DNA of 64,000 nucleotides, taken from the NCBI RefSeq assembly GCF_037042905.1, contig NC_087261.1:29264001-29328000 (forward strand), read 5' to 3'. This DNA is from Lytechinus pictus. Its lineage: Eukaryota. The position numbers and the translations under genes are program-made. Positions 1 to 12,508 of the stretch are shown piece by piece. How positions within the stretch are numbered: position 1 is the stretch's first letter; every line of letters begins with the position of its first letter. The notes below the pieces were generated by a model that did no database searches, was not told the DNA's origin, and saw only the letters and a program-made list of their open reading frames with translations.

Positions 1-847
1 ACCTAATCTATTTTAAAAAGTAAAAACTAGTGACCCCCCCCCCCATGAACGTGAGACAAATAAAGTTAACCAGATCACTTTGGTGTGCCATCTATTTAAT
101 TCATTGAGTATTCCTTCTCAAGTTTCAGTCTACGAGATCAATCACAGCTTGAACAAAGACTTCTATCACAACATTAAAGTTTGCTGAAGGTTGTCCTGGT
201 ATAGCAGCAGAACTTTCCTACATTATAGAAAACTGGTTCCAAATATTGTCATACAATAATATTGGCAACTATTCCCCTCCAGTAAAATATATAGGTTTCA
301 CAGCAATATATGAATGCATTCAATCAATTTTCTGGAGGCTAATTTCAAATTTGGATAAGTCCTGAAGAGTACATGTCACAATTCCAATCCATTACAAGAT
401 TATATACTTTAATATTCAAAGGCTAATTTTAAAAGTTAGTTTAAATGGAAATTTGTTTTCATCGGGTGCCTAAACAAAATAAAATAAAATATTTTTGTAT
501 GTAACATCTATTTATTTAAAAACACTCATACAATGGACTGAGAATTGCGGTCCTCTGATATCCCATTATTGTACAAGTTGTACGATATGTTCTCAAAGGG
601 TCATTAACTTTAAAAGAAAAAAATAACTTGTTAAAAAAGGAGCCAGATAATTCATTACCATAATTGTTACACAGAATGAAAGAATGGAAAATATTCACAG
701 GCCAGGATTGGAATATTAGATGATAGTCATTACAATCACATTCTACCAAAGCTTTAGTTGGGCTTTCAACTAGAATTAAAAACACAAATTCACTCATGAA
801 AAAGGAAAACACAAAGCACAGTCCATGCATGTTAACGTTCAACATAA

Positions 848-1443
848 AGGACAAGTCCACCCCAACAAAAAGTTGATTTGAATAAAAAGAGAAAAATTCA
901 ACAAACATAACACAGAAAATTTCATCGAAATCGAATGTAAAATAAGAAAGTTATGACATTTTAAAGTTTCGCTTAATTTCACTAAACAGTTATATGCACA
1001 TCCTGGCTGGTATGCAAATGAGGAGACTGTGACGTCATCCACTCACTATTTCTTTTGTATTTTATTATATGAAATATGAAATATTCTAATGTTCTCCTTA
1101 TTGTCAAGTGATACAACGATTAATTCCTCCCTGAACATGTGGAATTAGCATTGTTTAAAACCATATGGTTCAGTCAAGTTGGTCCTTATTGTCAAATCTA
1201 TGAAAAATGAAATATTGTATAATTCAAACAATAAAAAACAAAAGAAATAGTGAGTGACAACATGGACATCATCGACTGAGTCAAGTAGTTGTGCATATCA
1301 CTGTTTTGTGAAAGATAAGCGAAACTTTAAAATGTCATAACTTTCTTATTTTACATCCGATTTTTATGAAATTTTCAGCACTATGCTAATTTGATTTTTC
1401 TCTATTTATTCAAGTCAGCATTTTCCTGGGGTGGACTTGACCT
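848..1443. mobile_element. Non-autonomous TIR element (Kolobok-like MITE)
   Basis: Long imperfect TIRs (aggacaagtccacccc...aagaaagttatgacattttaaagtttcgctt versus its reverse complement ending ggggtggacttgacct). Flanks ATAA/TTAA. AG...CT termini in TTAA are typical of Kolobok. Confidence 0.8.
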
Positions 1444-1825
1444 TTAAAAGATGATTCTTTGTTAATTTCAAGCCCAACCACTGAGTTGTTTGACCAACCA
1501 AAGTATACATGTTTCAATACAATTTGTTGTGGATTTAATATCAAAACTGCAAGCCGAAAATGATTGAGTCCTCTGTAGCATTCAATCTAATGTACACATC
1601 CATATTAAAAAAATCACACAATTCAAATGCACCGTTTTGAGTGTTTTAAGGTTGCAGTTTTAAAGTCACTTATAGTTTTTTATGACTGACACAAAACTGC
1701 TTGTTGGCCATCAATTTGTTTTGTTTGTTTTTTTACTGAACTATAGATCTTTTAAAACTGGTTTTCTTGGGTGAACAGAAGTGATGATTGCGTGCAGCCT
1801 ATTGAGGATTAAATGTCAGACATGA

Positions 1826-1921
1826 AACTTCCTCCTATTAAGGTAATTAACACCATCAAAGCATTGCTGCTTCAACTTCCTCCTATTAAGGTAATTACAC
1901 CATCAAAGCATGCTGCTTCAA
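1826..1921. repeat. Local tandem duplication, 2 x ~48 bp
   Basis: aacttcctcctattaaggtaatt(a)acaccatcaaagca(t)tgctgcttc at 1826 and 1874. Confidence 0.9.
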
Positions 1922-2205
1922 GTCTGCAGACAATGAAATCCATCTGTTTATAATGTCTATCATCATGATCAAACATTCATGTGACAATTTCATTCAAGGA
2001 CAACATGATGGTATCCATCACAACAGATTTCCGTCAATATTACAAAGACTTACAGAAACATGATACTTTCCTGTGGAAAATAGGCCAACACATGCAGAGT
2101 ACCCAACTTTTTAAATTTGCATGAAGTTTCTCATTGTAATTTTGACCCATAAATATATGATTACAGATTGCAACTTTCATACAACATGTATTTCATTATT
2201 TATTT

Positions 2206-2496
2206 TATGCGGTCTAGCGTCCTTTGGCAAGGCGTTAATCCACACTTTGCCACTCTCGACCCAGGTGCTAAATGGGTACCCGGTAGGATGCGAAAGATAT
2301 TGTATGTTTGATTTTGCCAGCACCATAATGAGGCTGCGATGAATGCAATGGAATGCTCCCAAGGGAGTGGAAATTGTGCACTTTTCGTGTGGGATTGAAA
2401 TGAATCCAATGACCAGGGTAATAATATGCTGTAACGCGCTTTTAGCCATTCTGGGAAAAGCGCTTTATAAAAATTGGCTATTATTATTATTATTAT
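2206..2496 (+). mobile_element. 5'-truncated SINE with L2-type tail (same family as 8182-8546)
   Basis: Core ccactctcgacccaggtgctaaatgggtacc, tail aagcgctttataaa...(tta)n. Aligns to the reverse complement of 8182-8480. Confidence 0.85.
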
Positions 2497-3053
2497 TGTT
2501 TTTCGTTTTGTTTGACAGTGCATTTGATGATAAATAGAGATGGAATTAATAAAGGATGAGATTCTTAAAAAATATGGGTTTAAGCCATTCTTAAACTCTT
2601 GATTTTAGTTGAAGTCTAAAGATTGATATTGATATCATATAATTTAAATTTGAAATCTTTAAGTATGAAATTCAAATTTGTTACTGTAAGCTATATAAAT
2701 TTACACTGAATGTATAAAATTCCTTTCACTTTTGATTTATGGAGGTTTAAACACATTTTGTTTTACAAGTGCTAAAATGATCTTTTGTACATTTTCATTA
2801 TTTTGTTAATCACAGCAGCTCTCTATTTTCATTTCAATCCATGAAATTTAGAGTGTAAGCAGGCAGCCAATTGATTTAATTTAATTTACTTAAATCCAAG
2901 TTAATGAAATTAAATGTGAAAAATAAAATATCGATAATGTCTCTAGTTACAATGTATAAATAAGCCTATACGTTCAGTGTACACTCATATAATACTATAA
3001 AGTACTTTATAGTAGATAGGCCTACTATTTACATGGGGTGCATGTATGGACTA

Positions 3054-3277
3054 CACTCTTAAATTTCAAAGGATTTAAAATAAATCCAGATCAACTTTGA
3101 ATAGTGACCATCCAAATATTGAATTTTTTCTAATTTTTCAAGTTTATCTTTGAAATCTGAAAATATTTAAATTCATATCTTTTAGCTCTATCTTCAAATA
3201 CACATGGTTTATCTCTAAATCTAATCCACTATTCACGACCAATCTGGATTTATTTTAAATCCTAAGACTAAAGAGTG
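3054..3277. mobile_element. Degenerate MITE with CACT...AGTG termini
   Basis: cactctt...aggatttaaaataaatccagat versus atctggatttattttaaatcct...aagagtg inverted repeats. Confidence 0.6.
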
Positions 3278-4889
3278 AATAATACGATGAAATTATTCAA
3301 TACCTATATCATCTATTTTCCAGATTAAAAAGTGATGTCTGGCAATGTTAAATATATATATCATTATATTTACATATATCAAAGTAAAATTTTTTTTTAA
3401 CAAAACAAAATAAACAATTTAATAAATCAGCAGCATTCAAATCAATAATTTACAAATTTTTTTAATAACAAAAAATCATTTTGATCTGTAAGGGCATTAT
3501 GATAATATTTTTCCATTGGAGTCAATTCTAAAGGGCTCTGCAACTATTCATAATTTTGATTCAAAATGCTGGAATTCTGCAAGAATTAACATTGTTCCTT
3601 TATTTGTGTGGAGTTACAAAGCATTTCAGACAAAGGAAATTTGAAAGCTGTAGGCCTATGTGTCTATAAAAAATATACATCACATAAAAATCCTCAATAC
3701 ACATCCAAAATGAATTTCCTAAAATGGCAATTTTTGGTCAAGAATGTGGCATAACCACAGGCAAAGTTTCTTGAAAGTTTCTGAGCTGAGAGTGTGAACA
3801 ATATTTCCTTTTCATAATCTGAAAACAAAGTATCTAAAATGGATATAGTAGGCTTGGTGAAATTTATATGTCTAGTCAGATATCTTACGGTATTTTACTT
3901 TAAACAGAGTCAAAATGAATAATAATAAAAATACTAGTTGCACCCAGCTGACTCTTAGATCTTCCATTTTGACTAATTGGATGGAGCATATATTAAAGTA
4001 TGATAGGAGCACCAGTTCTTCTCCAATAGAACTGAATATTGTGAAGCACTAGACATTTTAAGCCCTACTTGCCCAGACCAGACTATTAAAAAAAATATGA
4101 GATGTTATTAAAATCAATGCACTCCCTGACAACTACATCACAATTTCAGTCAGATCACTACATCGGTTGTACATGTGGTCTACAGTTATCTAAGGCCAAG
4201 GAACTCTTTATGAACATTTCATTTTTTTTTCAATGGCCCAAATTCCGACGTCTAGATTAACTTAGGCCATGGTCTAACTCTACGTTACAATAAAAAATTA
4301 TGGAAAGCCAAAAAATCTCAGATTATATTTACATTGTAATGCATGTCTCCCCTCTTTATACTGCGCTCTTTCCTCGTGCTCTAATGACAAAGAGAACAAA
4401 TTCAGTAATTATTCCCTGTCAGTTATGAATGATTTGAGTGGTTAAAGAGCTGACAAACTGAACTTGTACTGTTTGAGAATACCTTTCACAATTGGCTCTC
4501 CATAGTTAAACCACATTACTTAAGAACAGAATTTAAATTATCACAGGAAGCAAACCATTATATACCAAGCCATGTGCAACTGTACATTTTATGGTACAAG
4601 TGAAGTATTAGCAGCAATTGCAAGTACAGTAAAAAAAAAGGGAACTTCAATGACATCTGTATTATTCTCTTTTATCAATTTAAGTTAACAAAACATGCAC
4701 ATAAAAGGCAAGATATTAAGCATCAATATGTTTTATGCAGCAGTAATTTTTGCCAAACTCATTACCACTTAGAGTTAAAATCCAACAATTCAGCTTTTAG
4801 TTTCAAAAAGCATGTCACTTTACAATTATTTTTTTAGTTTACGTAACCCCTAGCATGCTTTTGATTCATAAACATCCTGCCTTGGAAAC

Positions 4890-6014
4890 CTATCTCTTCT
4901 TTTCATACAACTTTATAGCACTTGCTCTCCGGGGCCTGGGTTGGTTGGGAGGCCCATCGTTGCTTATTTTGACATTTTTAAAAGATTCCTCAAACAGCAA
5001 AGGTCCAAGAGTGTCTGCACTTTGAGAACCTCTTCTGGATGGCCTGCCTGGTTGTTGTCCATTCGTCTTCTCTTGTGGAGAGTTTGATGGTGGAGATTTT
5101 GATGGCAGAGATTTTGATGGAGATTTTGATGGTGGAGAGTCTGGTGCACTTGCTTTGCTTTCCTGCTTGCCTGTGAATGCATTTGGGTAAGCATAGTCTT
5201 TCAGATTGTCCAGAAAAGAAAGAACCAGGATGCCATAGTCCACCACAATGTCCTCGACCTTCTTCTTGTCCTCCTCCTTAATCTGATCTTTGCTAAGAAC
5301 TTCTGCAACACTCAGATGGGTCATTCCCTCAAACAAAGGCAAGATGTTGGGTGAAAACTCTTCAAGGAACCTTCCAAGTATAGTGGACTTCCAGTAGCGC
5401 CGTAGGAAAGCATCAACTTGTATCTCCTTGATGATGCCATCAAAGCTCAGCAGATGCACTACAGAGAGGGCGTTACCTGCAGCTATCAAGCCTTCTGTGA
5501 GGTCTTCCATGGTGTCAAGGAGCACGGGGCCAAAGCGGATAGAGTCAGTAAAGTAAAGAGAAGCCCAAAGACATTCTGTGTCCACCAAGGCAATCAGGTC
5601 TGACTTGGGTAGGTGATAGTAGTCTTCCATGGATTCATCCAGGCTGCATACACCAAACTTCCCGGCAGAGAACTTGATCCGAGACCGATGCGGGTAGCAG
5701 AACTCTGGAAGCAGTCCGCCCATGATGTCCATCCACATCTCAACATATCCGTCTTTGCTGGAACAGACATAGCTAATCTTAGGATTTGGATCATCCTCAA
5801 CATCTGTCTTCAAATCATCGACAAGTTCCTGGATGTCTTCTTCCTTGATGCTGGAGTCGGCATGAAGCAGGACAACTTTATTCTTGCCTGTAATGGCAAT
5901 TACTGAGCAGATGCTTACTTTGGTGGTCAAGAGCTCATAATGCTGACTGCAGGTGCTTACACCATGACCCTGAACAGCCATTTTTCTCTCAGGAACTGGT
6001 TCAGCACTGTCCAT
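4890..6014 (-). CDS. Uncharacterised 374-aa protein, putative CNF1/CheD/YfiH/NTAN1-fold Cys-His deamidase-like N-terminal domain plus Ser/Pro-rich tail
   Basis: Long GC-elevated ORF in an AT-rich context. A splice acceptor (ttcttttccag, ending at 6021) lies 6 nt before the ATG at 6014 (aaaATGg), so the ORF-track start at 6044 is intronic. Motif VQG...LLTTKVSICSVIAITGKNKVVLLHADS. Tail has SPSK repeats and RRGS/RRAS sites. The gene call is fairly confident, the product call is tentative. Confidence 0.7.
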   Translation of the reverse strand: MDSAEPVPERKMAVQGHGVSTCSQHYELLTTKVSICSVIAITGKNKVVLLHADSSIKEEDIQELVDDLKTDVEDDPNPKISYVCSSKDGYVEMWMDIMGGLLPEFCYPHRSRIKFSAGKFGVCSLDESMEDYYHLPKSDLIALVDTECLWASLYFTDSIRFGPVLLDTMEDLTEGLIAAGNALSVVHLLSFDGIIKEIQVDAFLRRYWKSTILGRFLEEFSPNILPLFEGMTHLSVAEVLSKDQIKEEDKKKVEDIVVDYGILVLSFLDNLKDYAYPNAFTGKQESKASAPDSPPSKSPSKSLPSKSPPSNSPQEKTNGQQPGRPSRRGSQSADTLGPLLFEESFKNVKISNDGPPNQPRPRRASAIKLYEKKR

Positions 6015-6818
6015 TTTTAACTGGAAAAGAATTAAAATGTGCAATGAAACTGTAATAATATTGCCAAGTGGGGAAAAAATAAAGCCCTTGGAATTTCAGT
6101 ACCTGGATCATTATAAGTCACCAGCCATCCAAAACAAGCTCATTTAATACTCAAATATTTCATAATTGTCTTTGAATAATATCTAAAAGAGAGCATAGTA
6201 AACCGAAAACAATTTTATCATTTTTGGCCGAACATAATTTTAGCAAAGTGTTCATTTAAACTGGTTTTTGAAATAGAGGCCAATAACTCTTAACAATTCA
6301 ATGTTCATGACAAATATGTAGCAAGCAGAACTGCACAGCCATGAGCTTGATTTTTTTGTCTTTAAAGTATCTTTGTCAAAAAATCGATATCAACCATTAC
6401 AGACATTTGTACAAAATATTTAATAGACAAGATGGAAAATAAAGAATGAAATAGAATAATGGAAGAAAAAATATTGACAGATCTTAACTCTTAACAGATC
6501 TATGCTTGTGTTCGCTTTGGAACAATTATTCTCCATGTTTGGAAAAAAATATACACAGATACAAACAGCACAGAGAGGACACGTGTATATAAAGGCTTTG
6601 TAAAGTAAAATTATGACACTATCAAAACCTTCGACCAATCCGCTGGATTGACACTTCTAACTTATTAGTTTTAAAAATATCAAACAATTTTGTTTTAAGT
6701 TCAGACTTAATATGAAACAATATGAATCGTTTTACATATACTGTATTTCTGCAATACACAGATGTTGAAATACAATTGTATAGTGTTCAATGAGCAAGAT
6801 ATAAGGTAAATCACTTAC

Positions 6819-7265
6819 AAGTCTTGTATCGCTGAACTGAGAAAAGTCAGATGCTATTGGCAATGCAAAGATTAAATGTTCAGTCACTGTTGCTTACTGC
6901 ACTGGTGAACAAAACACGCGTCCTATACATTTAATCTTTTCTTCAAGCGGAACACTTGGAGAGTTGTCCTGCCAGGCGGGAGCACTTTCTGCCTGTCTGA
7001 CTGGATTCCAAGGACGGGCGCCCTAAAAATACGAGCAGTCGTTGTGCGTTGTCGGTGTGAAGTCTCGGCCCAGCACCACATGGTCGGAAGCGGAGGGTAA
7101 AAATACCACAGCGATTGTCCAACTGTAAAATTTGGCACCCAATCCAAGGCAAAATCCAATACATTATCTTGGCGGAAATGCAGCCATTCAGCGCCGGATG
7201 CTGCGTCTTTTAATCGCCTTGTGATTGTCGCTGTATCATAAGAGCTACCTTGTGACATCAGTCAC
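6819..7265 (-). other. Putative non-coding first exon (5' UTR) of the 4890-6014 gene; intron 6021-6818
   Basis: GC-elevated block ending in a consensus donor (gactt|gtaagt at 6818). TATA box ~30 nt upstream of the inferred start. Confidence 0.45.
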
Positions 7266-7289
7266 CTACTTCACAAAGGGCTGGATGTG

Positions 7290-7297
7290 CTTTTATA
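7290..7297 (-). promoter_or_regulatory. Candidate TATA box (TATAAAAG)
   Basis: cttttata on the plus strand, directly upstream of the putative first exon and downstream of a long pyrimidine/purine tract (7580-7680). Confidence 0.35.
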
Positions 7298-8181
7298 CAG
7301 AAGGCGATTACAACCATCATTCTTTCTTCCTCATCATCAATACTATTCATCATAGCTCTGAATAGATTCCTTTCCCTCTCTGTATCTCTCTCACTCACAC
7401 TTTTCCCCTTTGTCTGGAGATCCTGACATTTCAAGTACAACCAACTCAGCAGTGGATTTTTTTGTTGGCTCTCTCTTTCTGAAAGTGAAATAGTCCTGAG
7501 ACAGGATGCAAGCACGAGTGTTCTTTTGTTTTTAATACCGTGATCGATGATTTGTATTGATGGGGATGTGTCAGATAGCTGGCAGAGAGAGAGAGAGAGG
7601 GGAGGAAAGGAGAAAGGGAAGCAAGAGAGGGAGGGAAAGAGAGAGTTAGGAAGAGGAAGCAAAAGGGAATGAGGAGGACTCAAGAGGGTGGGTGTTATAA
7701 ATCTAAAGGGAAAGTAAGTACCAGATCTTTGAAGACAGAAGAGCATTTGGTAGGCCTACATATGAAAAAAAAGAGAGGAAATGTAATCAAGAGATAGAGA
7801 GAGCAGAGAAAAGGAGACAAATCTCAAAAACATTTTTTTTAAATTGGAGTGAGAACATACAATGTATTTTCAGAAGGGGCGATAAGGTGAATACTCTCAG
7901 CAAAGTGCAATTGCCAAACCCCAAAGACAAGGTCTCTAATGATTTTGATATCAGATGTTTATACTATTAATAAATGACAACTACAACACTTTTCTATTAC
8001 CCCTCGTCAGTACATCTTTACAATCTCTACATGTTATTGAAGCATAGCTCATTAGCAAAGGCTTTTTTAAGTACTTTTTTAGTGCAATGTAGATGCAATT
8101 GTGGAGTGCTAACAGTAACCACTATTGTCAATTTTATCTTGCACCCTTTGCTTTTAGTATAAGGTGTAGATCTATCTGTTA

Positions 8182-8546
8182 TGTAATAATAATTAATAAT
8201 CCGCATTTATACAGCGCTTAATACATCTGAACGAGGTGTCTAAGCGTTTTACAGCAGATATATTATTACCCAGGTCATCGGATTCAATCAGTCATTCCCC
8301 ACACAATGTGTGCGCATCCTCCACTCCCTGGGGAGTATTCCAGTCAGTCGCCGGTGAGGCGCACACAGTACTAGACAAGCTACAATGACTTTCACATTTT
8401 ATCGGGTACCCATTTAGCACCTGGGACAAGAGTGGCAACGTGTGAATTAACGCCTTGCCAAAGGACGCCAGACCGTGGAGGGATTTAAACACACGACCCT
8501 CTGTTTACAGGGCGAGAGTCAGAACCACTACACCACGGCTCCTCCA
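8182..8546 (-). mobile_element. Full-length tRNA-derived SINE with L2-type tail
   Basis: Minus-strand head ggagccgtggtgtagtggttctgactctcg (A-box-like), degenerate B box, core cccaggtgctaaatgggtacc, tail aagcgctgtataaatgcgg(att)n. Confidence 0.85.
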
Positions 8547-10620
8547 GATCTATGGAACAGTCACAACTAAAGTAGGGGTCTCCACATTGCAGTTGAACTC
8601 TTACAAAGTCAGAAACTCTTCCCTGTGCTGACTGAATTTACCTCCTCTATTTTCTTTTTACCAAACGTATTTTGGTTACATAAACATTTAGTCTCTGAGG
8701 CTCAGAGTTTTCCTGCATGAGGGGAAAATCAGCTCATATGGGGTTAAAAATTAAAATATCATATTTTTAAGATGGAGGGGGTTCTTTCTACATAGATCTA
8801 AGTCCTATCCCTATCTGATCTCTATCTCATCATAACAGATTTCAAAATATAGAACCCTGTCCCTCTACCTTCTTGCACTCCATATGGAGAAGGATAACAT
8901 CTGTAGGTAAATAAGAGCAAAGTATTTTTATTTGATCCCATATTAGATTTTGACAAGAACAACCTCCTGGTGCTCTTTCAGCAACTTATCAACATTTGTT
9001 ATTTTTCAGATGGTGTGGATAACTCAATAGATCATCATCATTAAAGTACATCATCAAGCAAATATTTTATCATGTTGTTATTTAAAAGCACTAACGATTA
9101 TGTGAAATCTTTGATACTTTTAGCAGAATAAAACTTATCATTTTTTTAAAACTCTACAAATGCCTGGCAATGACAGAGATGAAAGTGAAAAGTAAAATGT
9201 ATGCTCAAGACAAGTTCTATTGTGCAAAAGGGCAAACTGTACGAATATAACACAAGGCCTATAAGCAAAAAAAGAGAGCTGCATATATATATAAATCCAT
9301 CTACAGAAATACATATCCATATACATTTCCCTCTGTCATCTCTCAACTATCCCTATATAGAACCACCTGCATCTTTTATCACCATAAATACATGTAAAAA
9401 TATCGTGTTCTGAAATAGATAAATGCATGCATTGATCAAATAAAGTTTGCTTAGGCTGGCATGAGGAATGCAGGTGCATGAATAATTCCTATTTCTGGTA
9501 GGTTTTGCACTTCATGATGTATTAATTAACAGGTGTACCCTTGGTGATTGAACCCTAACTTGAAACTAATGGTCAATCAGGAGGCTGCATGCACAGACTC
9601 AAGAAAGAAAGAACAAAAGTCAGAAAGAAGAAAGGAAGGAATGAATGAAAGAAGGAAGAAAATAAAAAACAAGAAAGGGTAAAGAAAGGAAGGATGGAAG
9701 GAAGGGATAAAGAAAGTAACAAAGAATGAAGGAAAAAATTGACTCTTTTACCAATTATACCATGTCTAAAGTGAATACTAGTTTATAGTTGGTTATGTTA
9801 TTGTTCATGTGGTTGTTGTAGCCTTTTGCAACATGTTCTTTTCACAAAACAAACATTTGTATTCATCAGTGTAATGATAATTTTTTTGTTAATGCATGCA
9901 TTCATTATTGTAAATAGGGTCAGCTTTTATAAACACAGATTCATTATACTTTTATAGTCCTTGTTGAGATATTCATAATCTCAATTGGGGGTCAACATAA
10001 TTTTATAAAATCTAGAATTTCAAATCACAGAAATTATTTTTAAGATGTCGATAATTGAGAATTGAAATGTGATCTACTTTTCCTCCTTTAGTACAATTCA
10101 AATGAGCGTATCACTGAAATGTGATAACCCCATAGGTTACATGTGTGTGTGAGTTTCCCATAACCCAGTAATGGTAATGGCCTCATGTATGGGGTGTGCC
10201 ACAGTGATAACACCTTTCAAGGGTATAAAACACAAATGTGGACCTTTTTTTTTTTTTTTTTTTTTTAATTGCTTATGTTTCCTGAGATAAATTACCAATA
10301 GTTGGGACTTGGGAGTGAAGACCTGTTTTGGGGGCTTGTTAATATTTTTTTCTGCACAAAAATGCCCCCCATTTTGGGAAATCCTGGATCCACCCCTGAA
10401 CTAAGGCCAGGGCTTAGCCTACATGTATATCAGTCACAGCAAAACTTCTATATTTATTGTTTGTTTTCATGATTTAGGGTTGTGATATATGTCAGGGATA
10501 ATTGGGTCAATCCACGTCAAATCAACAAATTTTAGACAATTTGTCACCCGACCCCCTTCGATTTTATTTAAACTCGCACCAAATGTTCCCCAAGTGTCTG
10601 ACGGAAAAAAACTGAAAAAT

Positions 10621-11810
10621 GTGAATATGAAAATTTTTAAAGCATTTACAGCTATTTTTAGATCAATGTCAAGGTCAAAATATAAATATATGACTTTATG
10701 ATTTATTTGGAGCTTAAAATTGAACAAGAAAGGAACGTGATTTGCAATTATCAGCTAAAAGTCACAATTAGTATTGAAATGAGACAAAAGTGAAAGTCGG
10801 TGCAAACAACCTATAATGGGATATTGGCGGATTATTGATTTTTTGTATAAATTTCAGCTGTATTTTCAAGTTCATTGTCATGTAAGACAAATTGATTAAT
10901 ACTAAATCATCCAAGTACTCATTATGGACTACCGATACAGCAAATATCAACATGATCAGGCATTCATTCTGTGAAAAAATCAATTTGGAAATGTGTTGTA
11001 AAGCTCACAGGTGTTGTGAATATGCAAATTTTTAAGGCATTTACAGCTATTTTTAGATCAATGTCATGGTCAAAAGATAAAGATATGACTTTATGTATTA
11101 TTTGGAGCATAAAATAGAACCAGAAAAAAACATGATTTGCAATTATCAGCTTAAAGTCACTGTTAGTATTGAAATAACACAAATTGAAAGTCGGTGTAAA
11201 CAACCTATAATATAATAATGGGATATCGGCAGATTATTGAATTTTTGTATGAATTTCAGCTGTATTTTCAAGGTCATTGTCATGTAAGAACAATTACTTA
11301 ATACTATATCTTCCAAGTACTCATTATGGACTACCAATACTGCAAATATCCATATGATCAGGCATTCAGTCTGTGAGAAAATAAATTTTGAAATGTGTTG
11401 TAAAGCTCACATGTATTGTGAATATGCTAATGTCAGGGCATTTATAGCTATTTTTAGATCAATGTCAAGGTCAAAAGATAAAGATATGACTTTATGTATT
11501 ATTTGGAGCATAAAATAGAACCAGAAAAAAACATGATTTGCAATTATCAGCTTCAAGTCACCATTAGTATTGAAATGACACAAAAGTGAAAGTGGGTGTA
11601 AACACATTTTAACGCCCTATCATTAAGGAAAATTGACCCGATTTATTGTTTTTGATGATTTTCAGCAGTATTTTTCAAGGTCATTGCCAATAAGACAAAC
11701 TATTTGTGATGCATATCCTTTCAGTACTAATTACAGACTACCATCACAGACAATACCAGTGATTGCTTGCTTTTTGTTTTTTGATTTATCCTAATTTGAA
11801 ATGTGCTGAA
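10621..11810. repeat. Internal tandem array, ~3 x 400 bp
   Basis: Unit start gtgaatatg...gcatttacagctatttttagatcaatgtcaaggtcaaaa recurs at ~10621, 11017 and 11419. Confidence 0.9.
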
Positions 11811-12508
11811 AACTTGTACGTGTTGTTTTTCATCGATTTTGTGGTGTTTACGACCATTTTCGAATGCGTCATACCCCCATTCCACAGAGAATTGGGCTCA
11901 TCGGTCACTCATCGGAAGCAAAGTTTTTTTCTTCCGGTAACCCACCGAAGAGTATCGTATCACACTCCGATGAATCCGATTTGTGTTTGTCGACTATCAG
12001 GTCAGTGTCCGACGTGTCGGGCGTGATCCGATGAGGCGAAATCGTCCGATGAAGGAACTAAGCTCAGAGCTTAGTTCGCCATCGGACGCCATTTCCGGTC
12101 GCAAATCGAGTCAGCGTCGGATGAATGTCGAGTCAGTCCGATGTGTGTCAAAATCGTGTTGTGCAACTATCGGACCTGTCTAGCCGACGTCCGACGGCAA
12201 TCTGATGAGTGTCCGATGATTTACTGTCATCTGACGCTCATCTGATTGCAATCGGCGGTCTGTCCGACGCGCCTGATAGCCGCCCATCACCAATTCGATT
12301 CTCATCGGCGGTTAACGTGATAATTAGTACCGTCCGATTGCTATCCGTTGTGACATCGGAGGGTAATCGCTCATTAACCAAACTGCCATCCGACACATAT
12401 CGCATAGCAAGCGGCGACATCTGAAGGCCAACGGACTATGAAAGGAGGGCCAGCCAACGCTGACTTCACATATTTTCTCGGACACTACACAGCACCAAGA
12501 TCTTAAAT

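Noticed and set aside
100-800. Possible decayed LINE or coding relic, including ORF 516-908
   Set aside because: No convincing motif by eye, and the ORF start lies within a MITE TIR.
6015-6044. ORF-track start of the 384-aa protein
   Set aside because: Non-ATG start lying across a polypyrimidine tract and AG acceptor. The ATG at 6014 is preferred.
7258-7746. 162-aa ORF
   Set aside because: Largely translated GA/CT low-complexity sequence.
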